Of a DNA stretch of 64,000 nt, positions 39,114-52,753 are shown piece by piece. Both the position numbers and the translations under genes were made by a program. The stretch is from contig NC_043010.1 of assembly GCF_006345805.1 (NCBI RefSeq), forward strand, positions 32,736,001-32,800,000, in the 5' to 3' direction. Source of the DNA: Octopus sinensis (taxonomy: Eukaryota). The notes under the pieces were generated by a model that searched no databases, was not told the DNA's origin, and was given only the letters and a program-made list of their open reading frames with translations. How positions within the stretch are numbered: the stretch's first letter is position 1; every line of letters begins with the position of its first letter.

Positions 39114-40881
39114 ATGGCCACTGGTCACCACGAGGCTGAGGTGCAAGTCAAGCGTGACGCAGACACAGAAAAACAGGATGACAACACCACCTCCACCACC
39201 ACCATCAACATCGACAACAGCAACAAATACAAAACAAAGGTCGCAAGGCCAAGCACCGTCAACACCATCAGTGAGTCCACCACCACCACCAACACCGACA
39301 ACAACACCATGGCAGAATCTGCTACTAAAACTGTTATCCCTACTAAAGACATCGCCACCAATAACAATACCAACATCACCATCACCGCCACCAAAGACCG
39401 TGCCGTCAATGCTACTAATACTACAAACACCACCGCCGTCACCAAGAACGACAATAACAACAACAACAACAACAACAACAACAACGACGACGACGACAAC
39501 AACAATTCCCTTCAACCACTGCTCACTCCATCACCAACAAGTGAAAAAATAACGACGACAAGCAAACGAAATGTCGAAATTTGCGCTAATGCAGGACTAA
39601 ATTACGCAGGCAATTTTCCACCCCTTGCTAGTTGCATAATCAGCAACCACAAACCTACAACCCACACCCCTGCCATCAACACCAACACCACCGGCAGTAA
39701 CAACAATAACAAAACAACAACAAACTTCGCCGAGGCGATAAAAGAAAAGGTAACAAAAGTTTCGTTTACTACACAACAGATTAAAGATTGCAGAGAAACC
39801 TTATTACAAATGAAAACGGAAAAATACTCTTACACATACCTCAACACATACTGAATGAGGAGAAAAAAGACAATTGTATATAAAATCACAATAAAAAAAA
39901 ACTAAAAGTCCAGAAAAGGCAAGCACAGACAAAGTCGAAAAGTGCTTACGCCCCATCTGGGGATACAAGGATTGTGTGACTTGGGCGAACAAGTTCGCAC
40001 ACGTACAGGTGGTTTTTCAGAGTGAAGAGTTGGCGAAGAAATTCTCAACGATAACCCTTCATTCTGATGAACTAACGTTGACACCGAGTTACCTCGGCCA
40101 GAAGGTGACGAAAGTCATTATCAGTGGTGTCCCCCAAGTGACTACCACACTGTGGATTACATCCGCTTTAACATCCGAAATGGAGGACTTAAACATCCTA
40201 GATATCGGTGTTTCGGAAAACAAGGACTGGCTGGGAAAGAGAATAGAGTTCCTCTTCCACATAAGTCAAGAGGACATAAATAAAATCCCCACCCACGTAC
40301 ATCTTGAGGATGGCCGCAAGTTATACGTAGTAGTCGAGGGCAGAAGGCCACGATGCTATACATGTGACAGTGAGGCACACCTCAAAAAGGAGTGCAAATC
40401 TGCCGCAAAATTACAACAACAACAACAGCCACAGGAAAAATCACAAAAGCCAGGATTATTGCCCACACCACAATATGGACAGCTAGTCAAGAAGCTGTAT
40501 GCGGAAATGCAGGAAAAACAACAAAGAACAAGCCAACCCAACCAAACAACACCAACACCAGCGCCAAGAACAGAATCATCACCACCAACAACAAATAAAC
40601 CAATTCCAACACCAAGAATAACAACGAAGAAGACAAGCACCAAGGATGTAGGAGAGACAATAACCACAACAAACCCCCCAGCAACACCCTCCCCGCGCAC
40701 CACAACAATATCTACAACCGCACAAACACACCCAGACGCTTTACCCTTGCCCCCTGCTGATTCGTCAGACTTTTCATCTAACGATGAAAGTTCGACAGAA
40801 TGGCAAATAGCCACAGGGGGTAAAAGAAAAAGATCAAGAAAAACCAAACAAGAAATCGCAACCAAAGCAGGAGATACTTGA
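39114..40881 (+). pseudogene. Tx1-type ORF1 (Thr/Asn-rich N-terminus, CCHC knuckle), disrupted
   Basis: ATG at 39114; stop at 39852-39854 plus a frame change; CYTCDSEAHLKKEC knuckle; basic GGKRKRSRK near the C-terminus. Confidence 0.75.
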
Positions 40882-41267
40882 ACCCTGAAAACTCCATACA
40901 CAACAAAACAAGCACCAACACCACAAAAACAATGCTATCAGCGATAGACACAAAAGACTCCAAACTAATGGAGTACATCACAGGATACACAAACATTTGT
41001 GAAGATGACTTTTAAAAATAGCAATCATCCACGCACTACACCACCCAAACACATCAAAATACTACACATCACACAAACACAACACCACAAACTCAAAGCC
41101 CTCTTCCCAAATGCTGTAGGGGGTTTCCAGAAATATCTGTCCCAAAAACTATATAAAAACCTCCTCGAAGACACATCAAAGAACGAGGAAGCCAAAACTT
41201 TCGACACAAGTAAGTAACTCTCTGTACTTTCATTTGTGTGTTTTAAAGCACACACCCCAATAGAATC

Positions 41268-44200
41268 ATGGTCAAGATTGGTTGTGTGAATGCGCGTGGC
41301 TTGGGGTCTCCTTGGAAACAAGGATACCTCCTAAATGACATCAAGTCACATGATCTGGGAATCATAGCCATAAGTGAGACCAGACTCCACGAGCCACGGG
41401 CCCTAAAGTCCATGTTTGGCGGACAGTTTAACATTTATTTCGCTCCCTGTCTGCCGAGGATGGGCGGTAGTGGCACCGCGGTACTTTTTCACAAGAGCTT
41501 GGATCTCGAAGTCAAGACGATATTCGTAGACCCGGAGGTAGAGACTGATCGTTCTGGATGTTGACGACAGCAATGGGTGCGCTTTTCGACTCGTATCAGT
41601 CTACGCACCGCCCTTAACAGGTCGGGCGGATTTCTTTCGACGTCTAGAAGTATTCTTGGGAACGTCTCGTCCTTTACTCTTAGTGGGGGATTGGAATGCT
41701 ACCTTGGACACGCATGTAGACTACGTGGGTAGAGACAGAAACAGAAGGGGATGCAAATGCCTCAGAGACCTGCTCAGACGATTCCAACTGTCTGACAGGT
41801 ACCGACTCGACCACCCAAATGCACCAACGTGGACATGGAGCAACCGCAGTGGGTCGTCGAGATCGTATCTAGATAGGATACTGTGTAGGACAGTAGACAA
41901 GGATAACTTAGGATGTCCACAATTCCACACAGTCAGCTACACGGATCACAAATTGGTGACGTGTACGCTAGACTTAGATAAGGCACATAGACAGGGTCCT
42001 GGGTACTGGAAACTGAACGCATCATTCCCGTCCAGACAAGTTTTCAGAGACCGGATTAGCACACTAGTAAAGAGGGCTTTGACGGGAGCCATCATCAACA
42101 ACAAAATGGTGGTTTGCCCTCAAGAGAGCAGTAAAAGCAGAAGCGATTAGGTACAGCAAAGCACTAGCCATAGATAGAAATAGACTAGAGGGTGAGCTAG
42201 TTAAGAAGCTAGAAGAGGCAATTAGAAGCGGCATCGCATCCGACGTTTTGGCGGCGAGGTTGGCCCTCGACCAACACTTCAACGCCAAACACGAAGGATG
42301 TGCTGTCAGAGCTAGGATGCGTGCTCTAAGGAACGAAGGTGTTGGAGCCGCGAGAGAGGCCCGGGTGGCAGAGGCGCAACAGGGCAACAAAGCCACCATT
42401 CGGTCACTGGTAGATGAACAGGGGCGCGAATTGCTCGAGCCAAGTAAAATGTGTGAGGCCTTTCACAGCAGCATTTTGCCCGACTGTTCGGGACGAGTGG
42501 AGGGCAAGAACGTAGGGTAGACTTCAGTGCCTACCTACATAGCCTGCCACGACTCTCGACAAGAAAGGCAGGGTGCTGCGAAGGTGCCATCACGGCGGCG
42601 GAAGTGCGGGAAGCGATGGCAGAATGCACGAGGGACAAATCACCGGGTTTGGATGGTCTACCCTACGAATTTTACTATTGTATGCCAGACTTGTTTGGAG
42701 ACGTCTTGGCAGCGGTATACTGCAACTGGAAGCAAAACGGGAGCATACCCGGTTTTGTGAGTCGAGGAGCTGTAACTCTGCTGAAGAAAGATCCAAACAA
42801 GGGAAACATTATAGATAACTTTAGGCCAATCACTCTGCTCAATGCAGACCTGAAAATTTTGACCAAGGTGTTATCCAAGAGGTTGGCGCTTGTCATGGAG
42901 AAACTGGTCGACAACGCACAAACGTGCGCCGTGCCGGGCCGGAGCATCCATGACAACCTCCATCTGATGCGCTACATCATAGACAGGGTAGTTAACGAAC
43001 CTGGTATGGGTGGGGCCCTGATCAACTTGGATCAATCGAAAGCCTTTGATAGGGTAGACCATCGATACTTGGGGGCAGTCCTGAGAGCGGCTGGTTTCGG
43101 TCCCGTCTTCCGCGGCTGGATAGCTGCCTTGTACAGAGGCATCCGTTCGGTAATTCGCGTAAATGGACATCTGTCGAGACCCTTCGACATTGCACGTTCG
43201 GTCCGTCAGGGATGCCCCCTCTCGGCGCTTCTATACGTATTGACTCTTGAGCCACTACTGCGGAAGCTGGCGACTCTGAGGGGCATCCCGCGAGAATTAG
43301 GATGCGGGACGAGCGTGTCTGCATACGCGGACGACGTCACCGTCATAGTGTCAAGCCACGAGCACATCGAGCGGGTCGGCGAGACACTGAAAGACTACGA
43401 AGCGGTGACAGGAGCAAAAATCAACCAGGAAAAGTCAGTGGGCTTGCGGCTCGGCACCTGGAGAAGCAAGCCCATGCCGTCCACCAGTACCTCCGTCGTG
43501 GGACGCTGGACAGACGGCCCGGTTGAGTTGCTCGGGGTCTGGTTCGGTCCGGACCTCCAAATGGAGAAGAACTGGAACGAGATAACGAGTAGGGTGGTCA
43601 CTCTCGCCCAGCAATGGGCCGAGAGGAAACTGTCCCTAAAAGGTCGGGCGGAGGTGGTGAACGCGTACATCGCGTCCATCATCTACTACCGCCTGACCGT
43701 CGTACCTTGTCCCGACCCTACCATCACCAAACTAGAACGCATCCTCTTCCGCTTCTTGTGGAAAGGATGCGTCCCGATGGTCAGGCGATCCATTTGCTGT
43801 CAACACCCGTTAAAAGGAAAGCTGGGCATGCCGTGGTTGATGATGCGCAGACACGCGCTGAGACTGCGACATCTCCGGCTCTATGTAGACGACGGTGAAC
43901 AGGTGTGGTCGCCGTTTGTGAGGCACGCATTCCCGCAACTCGTCTCCATGACCGAACTACAGTCGTGGATCAAAAAGAGGCCGAGGAAGGCGAATGGCAC
44001 CGCGAGTGTCGCGTTGCTCTCAAGCAACTCTGCCGTCCCGGGTCGACCTTGAGTGACTTCAACACAACCAAAGCATTCTATAGGGGATTAGTGGAGGGGA
44101 GGTACGACGACGAGCTCGGGGTAAACCTGGGCGTCGACGAGGAATACCTGACCCGCCTGTTTCAAACGACTTTCGGCCCGGGACCTATGGACAACTTCCA

Positions 44201-44651
44201 GAGATCCCTGGCCTGGCGGTGCTACCGAGAAGCGCTACCCGTTCGGGATAAGCTCTATAGGCATGGCTCGAGAAACACGGGGCCGACCTGCCCGAGATGC
44301 GGGCAGAGCGACGAAACCGCTCTGCACGCAATCGTGCAGTGTCCAGCAATTTCCCACCTGTGGGCTTATGTCGAACGACTGCTGTCACGTGTGGAACGTG
44401 TCGGTTTATCAGCCGAGTCTATCGTTAATATCGTCACGCCTCCTTCCTTCAAACGGGAAGGAAGAGCTATTTTTATCATACTTGTGGCTATGGCGAAAGA
44501 ATGTATCTGGTGGACGCGTCTGAAAGGATTAGAGACAAACACTTTCCTCTCTGGTCAATCTCTCATCAACTTCTTCAAGTATCACTTGAAGAAAAAAGTG
44601 AGAGTAGAGAGGCAAGTTTTGTCTGGTGAATGTTTTAAAAAAGATGGGTGA
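41268..44651 (+). pseudogene. Tx1-type ORF2 (APE endonuclease, reverse transcriptase, C-terminal zinc finger), several frameshifts
   Basis: MVKIGCVNARGL, ISETRL, LVGDWNA, SYLDRIL, TDHKLV; KSPGLDGLPYEFY, FRPITLLNAD.KI, DQSKAFDRVDH, RQGCPLS, AYADDVTV; CPRCGQSDETALHAIVQCP. Confidence 0.93.
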
Positions 44652-45074
44652 ATGTAGCAAGGATGGCACGTATGAATGACGAAGCCACCTTGACTATGAT
44701 TCTATGAACCGTAAAAATTAATACAGAGAGTTGCTTATTTGCAAAAAAAAAAAAAAAGAAATATAACATGTGACTTCATTGACCGAGGTTACCGTGGTCT
44801 TTTCCGTAGGCTTTTCTTTCCACGGGTAAACCTCACCTGTCCTCCCCTTTACACTTCATATTGACATTTCTGTGATAACGATCCCTATTGATCAATTTTT
44901 TTTCCTCTCCCCCTTTTTTTTTTTTTAACCCCCCCCTTTTTTGGTCCTCTTTCTCTCCTTTTACGATCCCTTTTGATCGACCACACCCTTTTTTTTTTTT
45001 TACCTTCAAAAGAAAAGCTCTACTTTGTAATTTGTTCTATCTGTGTGCAGCCCTGTGTGGCTAATAAAGAAACA

Positions 45075-45153
<79 letters not shown>

Positions 45154-45154
45154 A

Positions 45155-45218
<64 letters not shown>

Positions 45219-45261
45219 AATCTATCAATCTATCTATCTAACTATCTATCTACCTACCTAC

Positions 45262-45352
<91 letters not shown>

Positions 45353-45394
45353 CCTACCTATCTATCTATCTATCTATATCTATCTATCTATCTC
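45075..45394. repeat. Long (TATC)n microsatellite 3' of the Tx1 element
   Basis: Directly visible, about 320 nt. Confidence 0.97.
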
Positions 45395-45958
45395 TCTATA
45401 TACACACACACAACACACACACACACACACTCATGTATGTAAGTGCACATAGACAAATGTGCACACACACGCACCACACATACACATACACACACCACAC
45501 ACACACACACACTCATGTATGTAAGTGCACATAGACAAATGTGCACACACACGCACCACACATACACATACACACACCACACACACACACACACACTCAC
45601 GCACATTTTTCAATAACCAATAACCATGCCTCAGATCTGACTCATTGGCCATGGTACTGCTACTATGCAATGGATTGGATGACATTTTTTATTTAATTAC
45701 TGCAATTGGTGAGATGATATAATTAACATATTGTGTAATCACTATCATCCACCAAACCTGTAAAATGTGTTTTTTCAGATCATTATTTAGAATAAGGTCT
45801 TCATTAGATCAAACTCATTTCACTATAAATAAGAATGAATACCCAAGGCAATGTGTTATTTTCAATGTGCTATTTGCTGACAAAACGTTTTATCAGCAAA
45901 TCGCTGAAAATAAAACAGCACATTGCGGACACAATGGAATCCTGAAGTATTCTCACTG

Positions 45959-46150
45959 TATGAGGGGAGTTCAATAAGTAATGCCCCTGACCCACTTCCC
46001 ATAGCAGTAGAACAACGAAACTTGGCACAGTTATTAGTCTTTTTCTACATAGGAACCCCCCAGAGTTACGCATTTCTCTCATCGTTTGATGCAGCTCTGG
46101 AGACCGTTTTGTAGAAGACCCCAGCTTGGTCCTCCAACCACGACGTGACT
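45959..46150. mobile_element. Mariner terminal fragment
   Basis: TA + tgaggggagttcaataagtaatgcccct, a mariner-type TIR start, followed by degenerate transposase 3' sequence in reverse. Confidence 0.5.
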
Positions 46151-47558
46151 CGTATGATGACAACCGGTAGTCAATAACTGTGACGAGCTATATATATAAT
46201 TGGGGCACCTTGCTAGTTCGCTATAATTTACACACTCCCAACAATATTATTTGAATATTGAATATCAGGACTTTGTGTGAGGGTATTTGTACCCAATATT
46301 CCTGTCGTGCGTGCAGACAACTCAACCCAGCTAATTGAAGATAATATTTGCTCTTGGTCATTCGGACATGCACTTACGGGTGGATAAATGTAAGATATCG
46401 TAAAGTATGGTATCGAATATAAGGGATCATTGATAATTGAATAAGAGGTTTATTAAATATATAAGGGAATACATTCGGAAGTAAAACCTAAACTGATTTG
46501 GGCATGTAAACATTTAATGAATATTGCACGATTGAAAAACATCCCACATACAGTAAATTACCTTATACAAATTTTTTTAATAAATTACAAACACTAAAAA
46601 GATATACAAATGTATAAAAATATCAAATATAGATATAAAAAATCACAAAATAAATATATGATTATAAGTATAAGATATAATATTGTATTACACAGTGAGT
46701 TTTATGAAAAGAGATTATAAACTTTCTATAAGCTATAGAAGCTACACAAATGTATAAGTGGGTATATAAATACATAAATTTAATAATATAAAATTTTAAA
46801 AAATTATAAAATATTTCTTTACAGAATGATATTAAAGGTATAAAATAGATAAAAATAAGGATAAGTCAAAATAAAATAAAATAAGGATTATTATATAAAT
46901 TATGGTATAAATTATATTGCTATATTGAAAAGAATTCTTAGATATACAACATTATATCTTATATTTATAATTATACATTGTTTTGTAATTTTTTAATATC
47001 TATATTTGTTATTTTTATACATTTGTATATACCCCATATACTGCATTAATACTCCTCGCACTTTCCGTTGCGTTGTTGCATTTATGGAACTCATAAAGCA
47101 AAATATGCCGAATATGCTCCTTTGTCACTTCCACTATAGCTTTGAAAAAAATAACTTAAAATCGAACTGCACTCATCAAATCTTGCATTAAGAATAAATA
47201 CAAGGTAAAATTACAACCTATTCTTATAGCAAATTGATGCAAGTAGTTTATTCCCCCGCACCAACTTTTAGTTTATGCGATTGAAAAATCCTCATTATTT
47301 ATGGGATGACCCGATATGTGTGTATACATACATGTATGTATGTATGTATGTATGTATGTATTATGTAGGTGTGTATGTACACAGAGGTGACAGAATTATT
47401 CTTCAGTTCCCCTTTGCAAGCCAACATACTAAGGTAAATCAATCGTTATTTCTCTCCAAGGATCCAAATTTTACTGTGGAAAGAATGTTAAGCCGGTATC
47501 ATATACTACAAATGTCAAGCATGCCAAAATCGGTATTTATTTGCACGTAATCACCTTG

Positions 47559-47623
<65 letters not shown>

Positions 47624-47987
47624 TTACAATATTATGGCTGTACATTCATGTATCGAACAAAGTTGCTAAAATATACAATACATTGAGAAATATCTGTATT
47701 AATTTCCCGCACTTCGCTGGTAGAACTCTCTTCATTGTTTAGAACAAAGTATACATATATATATGAAATGTGAATATACGCTCGCTAAGTGGGAACAGTA
47801 TTATGTAAACAATAACTTTGCTGTCGCTATCAATGGCATTCGACAGTACCAGTGTTTTTTTACCAATAGAGCTGGTGGACTTACAAAATTTTTCTTCACT
47901 GACGAAAACATGGGAAATTATGTGTACCTATAGCATATTAACATTATTTTAATATCAGTATTTGTACTTTCTAGCGTAGTTTGCGTG

Positions 47988-48868
47988 TACGTGGTCTGAT
48001 CAATAAATATGGGGACTGTTGCTATTGCAACAAAGCTAAAGCACGGAAAGTAAAGCCGCTTAGCACAGATTGACCTTGAACTCTGTTTTGCACGCACACT
48101 AAGTTTTAATGTTCTAGCTCAGTTCTACTGTTTACAGAAGTAATTGGAAGGAAGGTGTGAAGCGTGTGATCGTCGCATTGATCATGACAGAGAAAGTTGA
48201 GCAGAGAATCAGCAGCAAATTTCTGCCAAAAACTTAGCAAGACCTGCTCAGAGGCCTACGCAAAGTTTTCAAAAAGTTTTCATCGTTCTTGACGCAATCA
48301 ACCCTAACTGTGCAACTGAAACCCATGTGTCATTTTGGTCAGTTGAAAGCAGTTTTGACGCAAACTTGGCAGACACGCGTCTCATACACAAATCTTCAGT
48401 GTTAACAGACTGAACTGAACCGTAACGAATCTGCACAACCTCTGATAACTCACGGATGGTCATTTGACGATTTTCCCTCACAGCTGCACGCACATCTGCG
48501 ATGTTTTTCTCAGTTCTGCTCGTTGCGGGCTTCCCAGAATTTTCGTTAATATCGAAATTGTTTGAGACATCTTGGAAAGATCTAAACCACTCGTACATTT
48601 GTGTGCGGCTCATGCACTCCTCTTTCTACAACTTTGCTTAGACTTCTGAGCAGGTATCACCATGACAACTTTCTCTGTCATGGTGAATACGACGATCACA
48701 CGCTACACCCCTTCCTTTGAAGCACTACAGTAAACAGCGGAAGTGAGCTAGAACGTTAAAACTTAGTGCAAACGCACAGCAGAGTTCATGGTTAATCTGT
48801 GCCAAGCGGCTTCACTCTGCGTGCTTTAGCTTCGTTACTATGCTGATACTTATTGATCTAACCTCGTA
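47988..48868. mobile_element. Mariner derivative made of two opposed 5' ends
   Basis: TA-cgtggtctgatcaataa ... ttattgatctaacctcg-TA. Both ends carry the same ~250-nt 5' leader into ATGACAGAGAAAGTTG. ORF 48269-48613 (-) has YEWFRSF...SGKPATSRT...RENRQMTIRELSE...MRRVSAKF. Confidence 0.85.
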
Positions 48869-48999
48869 TAGTTTTATGTTAATATGACGTTTTAGATTGT
48901 ATCAATATATATATAATATATATATATATATACATACATACACACACACACACACACGCACACACACACATACACATATATATATATATATATAAATAT

Positions 49000-49047
<48 letters not shown>

Positions 49048-49346
49048 CATACATATATATATATATACATACATACATATATATATACATACATACATAC
49101 ATATATTTATATGTATGTATGTACACACACATATACATATATGCGTGTGCGCGTCGTGAGTATGTGTTTATGTGTGTGTTTTTCATTAAAAACACATAAG
49201 TGATCGCTTATATATGGCTTCCAAGTTGCTAGAAAAAATATTACTATATCTCTCACTCTAGAAAATATACCGAGGAATTATTTATAAAAATGCAAAGATA
49301 ATGCCAGACATAAAATTTACATGATGGTGCAACGTTGATGACTTAC

Positions 49347-49397
<51 letters not shown>

Positions 49398-49399
49398 AT

Positions 49400-49740
49400 A
49401 TAGGATAAGGCTGTGTGATAAGAAGCTTGCTTCCCAACCGCATAGTTCTGGGTTCTGTCCCACTGCGTGGCACCTTGAGCAAGTGTCTTCTACTATAGCT
49501 TCGAGCCGACCAAAGCCTTCTGAGTGGATTTGGTAAACGGAAACTGTAAGAAGCCCGTCGTGTATATATACATGTGTGTTTGTGTATTTGTGTGTGTGTT
49601 TGTCGCCCTCCATCGCTTGACAATCGATGTTCCTGTAACTTAGCGGTTCGGCAAAAAAGTGATAGAATAGGCTTACAAAGAATAAGTCATGGGGTCGATT
49701 TGTTCGACTAAAGGCGGTGCTCCAACTGTGCAGTCTTTGT
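49400..49740 (+). mobile_element. SINE family A
   Basis: ggctgtgtgataagaagcttgc...gggttctgtcccactgcgtggcacc...gaagcccgtcg + tail. Confidence 0.82.
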
Positions 49741-50082
49741 ACTACAGAGGTCTGTGAAATTATTTTTGCTGAAGCTCTTACTCTTAACATATATTTAGTA
49801 AGAATTACATCTTGTCTTTACAAGATTTTTAGACTCTTCCCCGCTTTTTATTACTAAATATTCCTACTACGCTGTTCACAGAATTAGCCTCGATTAGCGC
49901 CTCTTTAAATCTTATACGACTTGTTACTACATCTCTCACTCTATTTTTAGCTAACACACCTTCCAAAATTCCAAAAACCATTGACACTCATATAGTTTAT
50001 TAACATTTACATATCAACCTGAATCTCATCCAATTTCTGTATCCATCATTTTAATAACAAGCACTCTGTCTTGTAAACTTAC

Positions 50083-50141
<59 letters not shown>

Positions 50142-50152
50142 AGAGACACAGA

Positions 50153-50210
<58 letters not shown>

Positions 50211-50315
50211 TACACACACATGTATGTATTGCAAAACTGCGAGTTAATTTAATTTGAAATAGATATTTAAATATTTAGTTACTAATTAGATACATATATT
50301 CCAACTTAAATCGTT

Positions 50316-50473
<158 letters not shown>

Positions 50474-50625
50474 TAATCTAAACATCTATGCCGTAGATGC
50501 ACCAGCTAGAAATAGTAGCAAAACCTCTCACATCACGCACACAAATACACAAACACATGCACAAACATACACTTTATTTACATTATTTACATTTGACGGA
50601 TGTGTCCTCATCTTGCTTTTTATTA

Positions 50626-50670
50626 ACACAACGTTTCGGCTGATATACCCTCCAGCCGAAATCAGATGTC
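50626..50670 (-). ncRNA. Disrupted hammerhead-like motif
   Basis: Reverse complement gacat-CTGATTTC-GGCTG gagggtatat CAGCC-GAAAC-GTT-gtgtt: stems I and II are intact, but core GA is replaced. Confidence 0.4.
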
Positions 50671-50705
50671 CCTGGGGAAATTGTTGATGCTGTTATTATT
50701 ATCAT

Positions 50706-51195
50706 TCAGTAGTTTTATTTTTTATAGCGTGCTTTCACTTCACTACCGAGCGCAGCTCTGTGTGCCTTGGGTATGTGCTGTGATTTGTTGTGATGCTCTG
50801 ATTGTTATTGTATGGAAAGTGTTCTGCGTAGGATGTGTGCAGTGCCTAGTAGTGCAATTTTCTGTATGTTATATGTGTTTGTAAGTCCTGGTGTTTTTGT
50901 TATGTATTTGTCTGAATATTTTTTTATCATGCCTAATGCACCTACTATGATAGGAATTGTTTCTGTTTTTAGATTCCACATTCTGGTTACCTCCATTTCC
51001 AGGTCTTTGTATTTTGAAAGTTTCTCCATTTCTTTTAGAGACACGTTGTCATCTGCCGGTATTGATACATCAATTAGAAAGCATTTTTTTTCTTCGTGAT
51101 CTCTGACAACTATATTTGGTCTGTTGGCCTTAATTTCTCTATCTGTGTGTATCAGCATATCCCAAAGTATGGTTGCTTTCTCGTTTTCTGTGACC

Positions 51196-51196
<1 letters not shown>
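50706..51196 (-). mobile_element. 5'-truncated RLE-clade LINE (R4/Dong-like) 3' end with restriction-like endonuclease
   Basis: ORF 50805-51158: TDREIKANRPNIVV...CFLIDVSIPAD.NV..KE.EKLSKYKDL..E...MW.LK...IPIIVGALG; intact 3' UTR; AAT repeats on both sides. Confidence 0.88.
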
Positions 51197-51234
<38 letters not shown>

Positions 51235-51256
51235 TATTATTATTATTATTATTATT

Positions 51257-51325
51257 CGGGTCACTGCTTGGAATCGAACCCGGAATCTTGGGGTTAGTTG
51301 CCCGCGCTGCTAACCACTACTCCAT
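51257..51325 (-). mobile_element. tRNA-like SINE head followed by (AAT)n
   Basis: GGAGTAGTGGTTAGCAGCGCGGGC...CCGGGTTCGATTCCAAG carries A and B boxes, but the T-arm and acceptor stem are imperfect, so it is not called a tRNA gene. Confidence 0.65.
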
Positions 51326-51559
51326 AAGGGATGAGCCACTGTATCTGTCTGTCTGTATGTATGAATGTATATGTGTGTGTGCGCATTTATGCGTGTGTAT
51401 GTGTTATAGATATGTGCACGTGCGTGTAGAAGTGTGTGGGGAGTGAATGTGCGTGTACATATGTACGTATGTATATATGCATATGTAATAGACACATGCG
51501 CGCGCATTCATATATACTCAAAATAAAATGTAACAATATTAGTTTCAAATTTTGACCGA

Positions 51560-51630
51560 TGCTTATTTTATTGACCCCGAAAGGATGAAAGGCAAAGTCG
51601 ACCTCGGCAGAATTTGAACTCAGATCGTGA
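51560..51630 (-). mobile_element. SINE family B core fragment
   Basis: gaccccgaaaggatgaaaggcaaagtcgacctcggcagaatttgaactcag. Confidence 0.75.
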
Positions 51631-51794
51631 AGACAAGCGGAAGAATGACGGAAGCTGAACAGAAGACAAGACAAAGTAAAATCCCAACAGAGGTTGGAAA
51701 ACATATAATGAAGCAGAATACAGTAAGTAAATGAGGAATATGTGGTAATGAAGAAGAAGCATTAAACTGTTTTAGTTAAGACGGAATATATCCA

Positions 51795-51975
51795 CAGGCA
51801 TGACAAGGGTTGGACTTACAATGGATGTTGTGCCAGACTATGGAATGCCAACAGAGAAAATTGTGTATAGTCATACACATAAACGTGTCTCAGAAAATGA
51901 CAAACCAAACATGCTCTGGGATATGCCAATACACACAGATGAAGACATCAAGATTAATCGACCAGATATTGTTAG
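51795..51975 (+). mobile_element. Second RLE-clade LINE fragment
   Basis: YSHTHKRVSENDKPNMLWDMPIHTDEDIKINRPDIV, homologous to the start of the 50706-51196 fragment. Confidence 0.7.
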
Positions 51976-52057
51976 TGAGAAATTCAGATGGCGACAGAAT
52001 GGATCATCTCCTTCGGCTGAATATATGCACGTGTGTGTGTGTGTGTGTGTGTGTAAG

Positions 52058-52102
<45 letters not shown>

Positions 52103-52135
52103 ATATATATATATATATATGTGTCTGTGTGTGTG

Positions 52136-52578
52136 TACAAAATGAGGGCAGAAAAAAATTCTAATGGCAAATATGCCGAAAAAAAGACAAAAATTGTCAA
52201 TAACCATTATAATTTATGCGTCTCGAAACAAACCGATAGAAGTTTCTAAAAAATCCGTTATTACCGTATTGGTCCCAATTTCGGGGTTAATTCATAAGAA
52301 TTTTCCCCTCTTCAGCGATAAATACGTGAGATATAAGTGAAATACTTTCTCATACCCATGGAAAGTAAGTATTTCACTTATATCTCACGTATTTATCGCT
52401 GAAGAGGGGAAAATTCTTATGAATTAACCCCGAAATTGGGACCAATACGGTAATAACGGATTTTTTAGAAATTTCTATCGGTTTGTTTCGAGACGCATAA
52501 ATTATAATGGTTATTGACAATTTTTGTCTTTTTTTCGGCATATTTGCATTAGAATTTTTCTTCTGCCCTCATTTTGTA
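52136..52578. mobile_element. 443-nt near-perfect palindromic (foldback) MITE with TA ends
   Basis: Arms 52136-52347 and 52367-52578 (tacaaaatgagggcagaa... / ...ttctgccctcattttgta); 19-nt spacer. Confidence 0.92.
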
Positions 52579-52671
52579 AATTATTTATAAATTTAACCTT
52601 TAAAGGGTATTTTTTGATATGCTGGCCATTGATTAAATTTTTTTCCCGAAAAAAATTTTATCCTACATTAG

Positions 52672-52753
<82 letters not shown>

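Larger units (their letters stand above)
38891..45075 (+). mobile_element. Near full-length Tx1/L1-clade non-LTR retrotransposon (inactivated), antisense within intron 2 of the GPCR
   Basis: ORF1 (39114-40881) and ORF2 (41268-44651) have L1/Tx1 domain order. A T/C-rich 3' UTR and AATAAA at 45063 are followed by (TCTA)n. The 5' boundary is inferred. Confidence 0.9.

Noticed and set aside
39090-39552. Overlapping Val/Gly-rich and Pro/Thr-rich ORFs on both strands
   Set aside because: These are alternative-frame or antisense shadows of the low-complexity Tx1 ORF1.
51257-51325. Possible tRNA gene
   Set aside because: A and B boxes are present, but the acceptor and T stems do not pair properly and it runs into (AAT)n; it is better explained as a SINE head.
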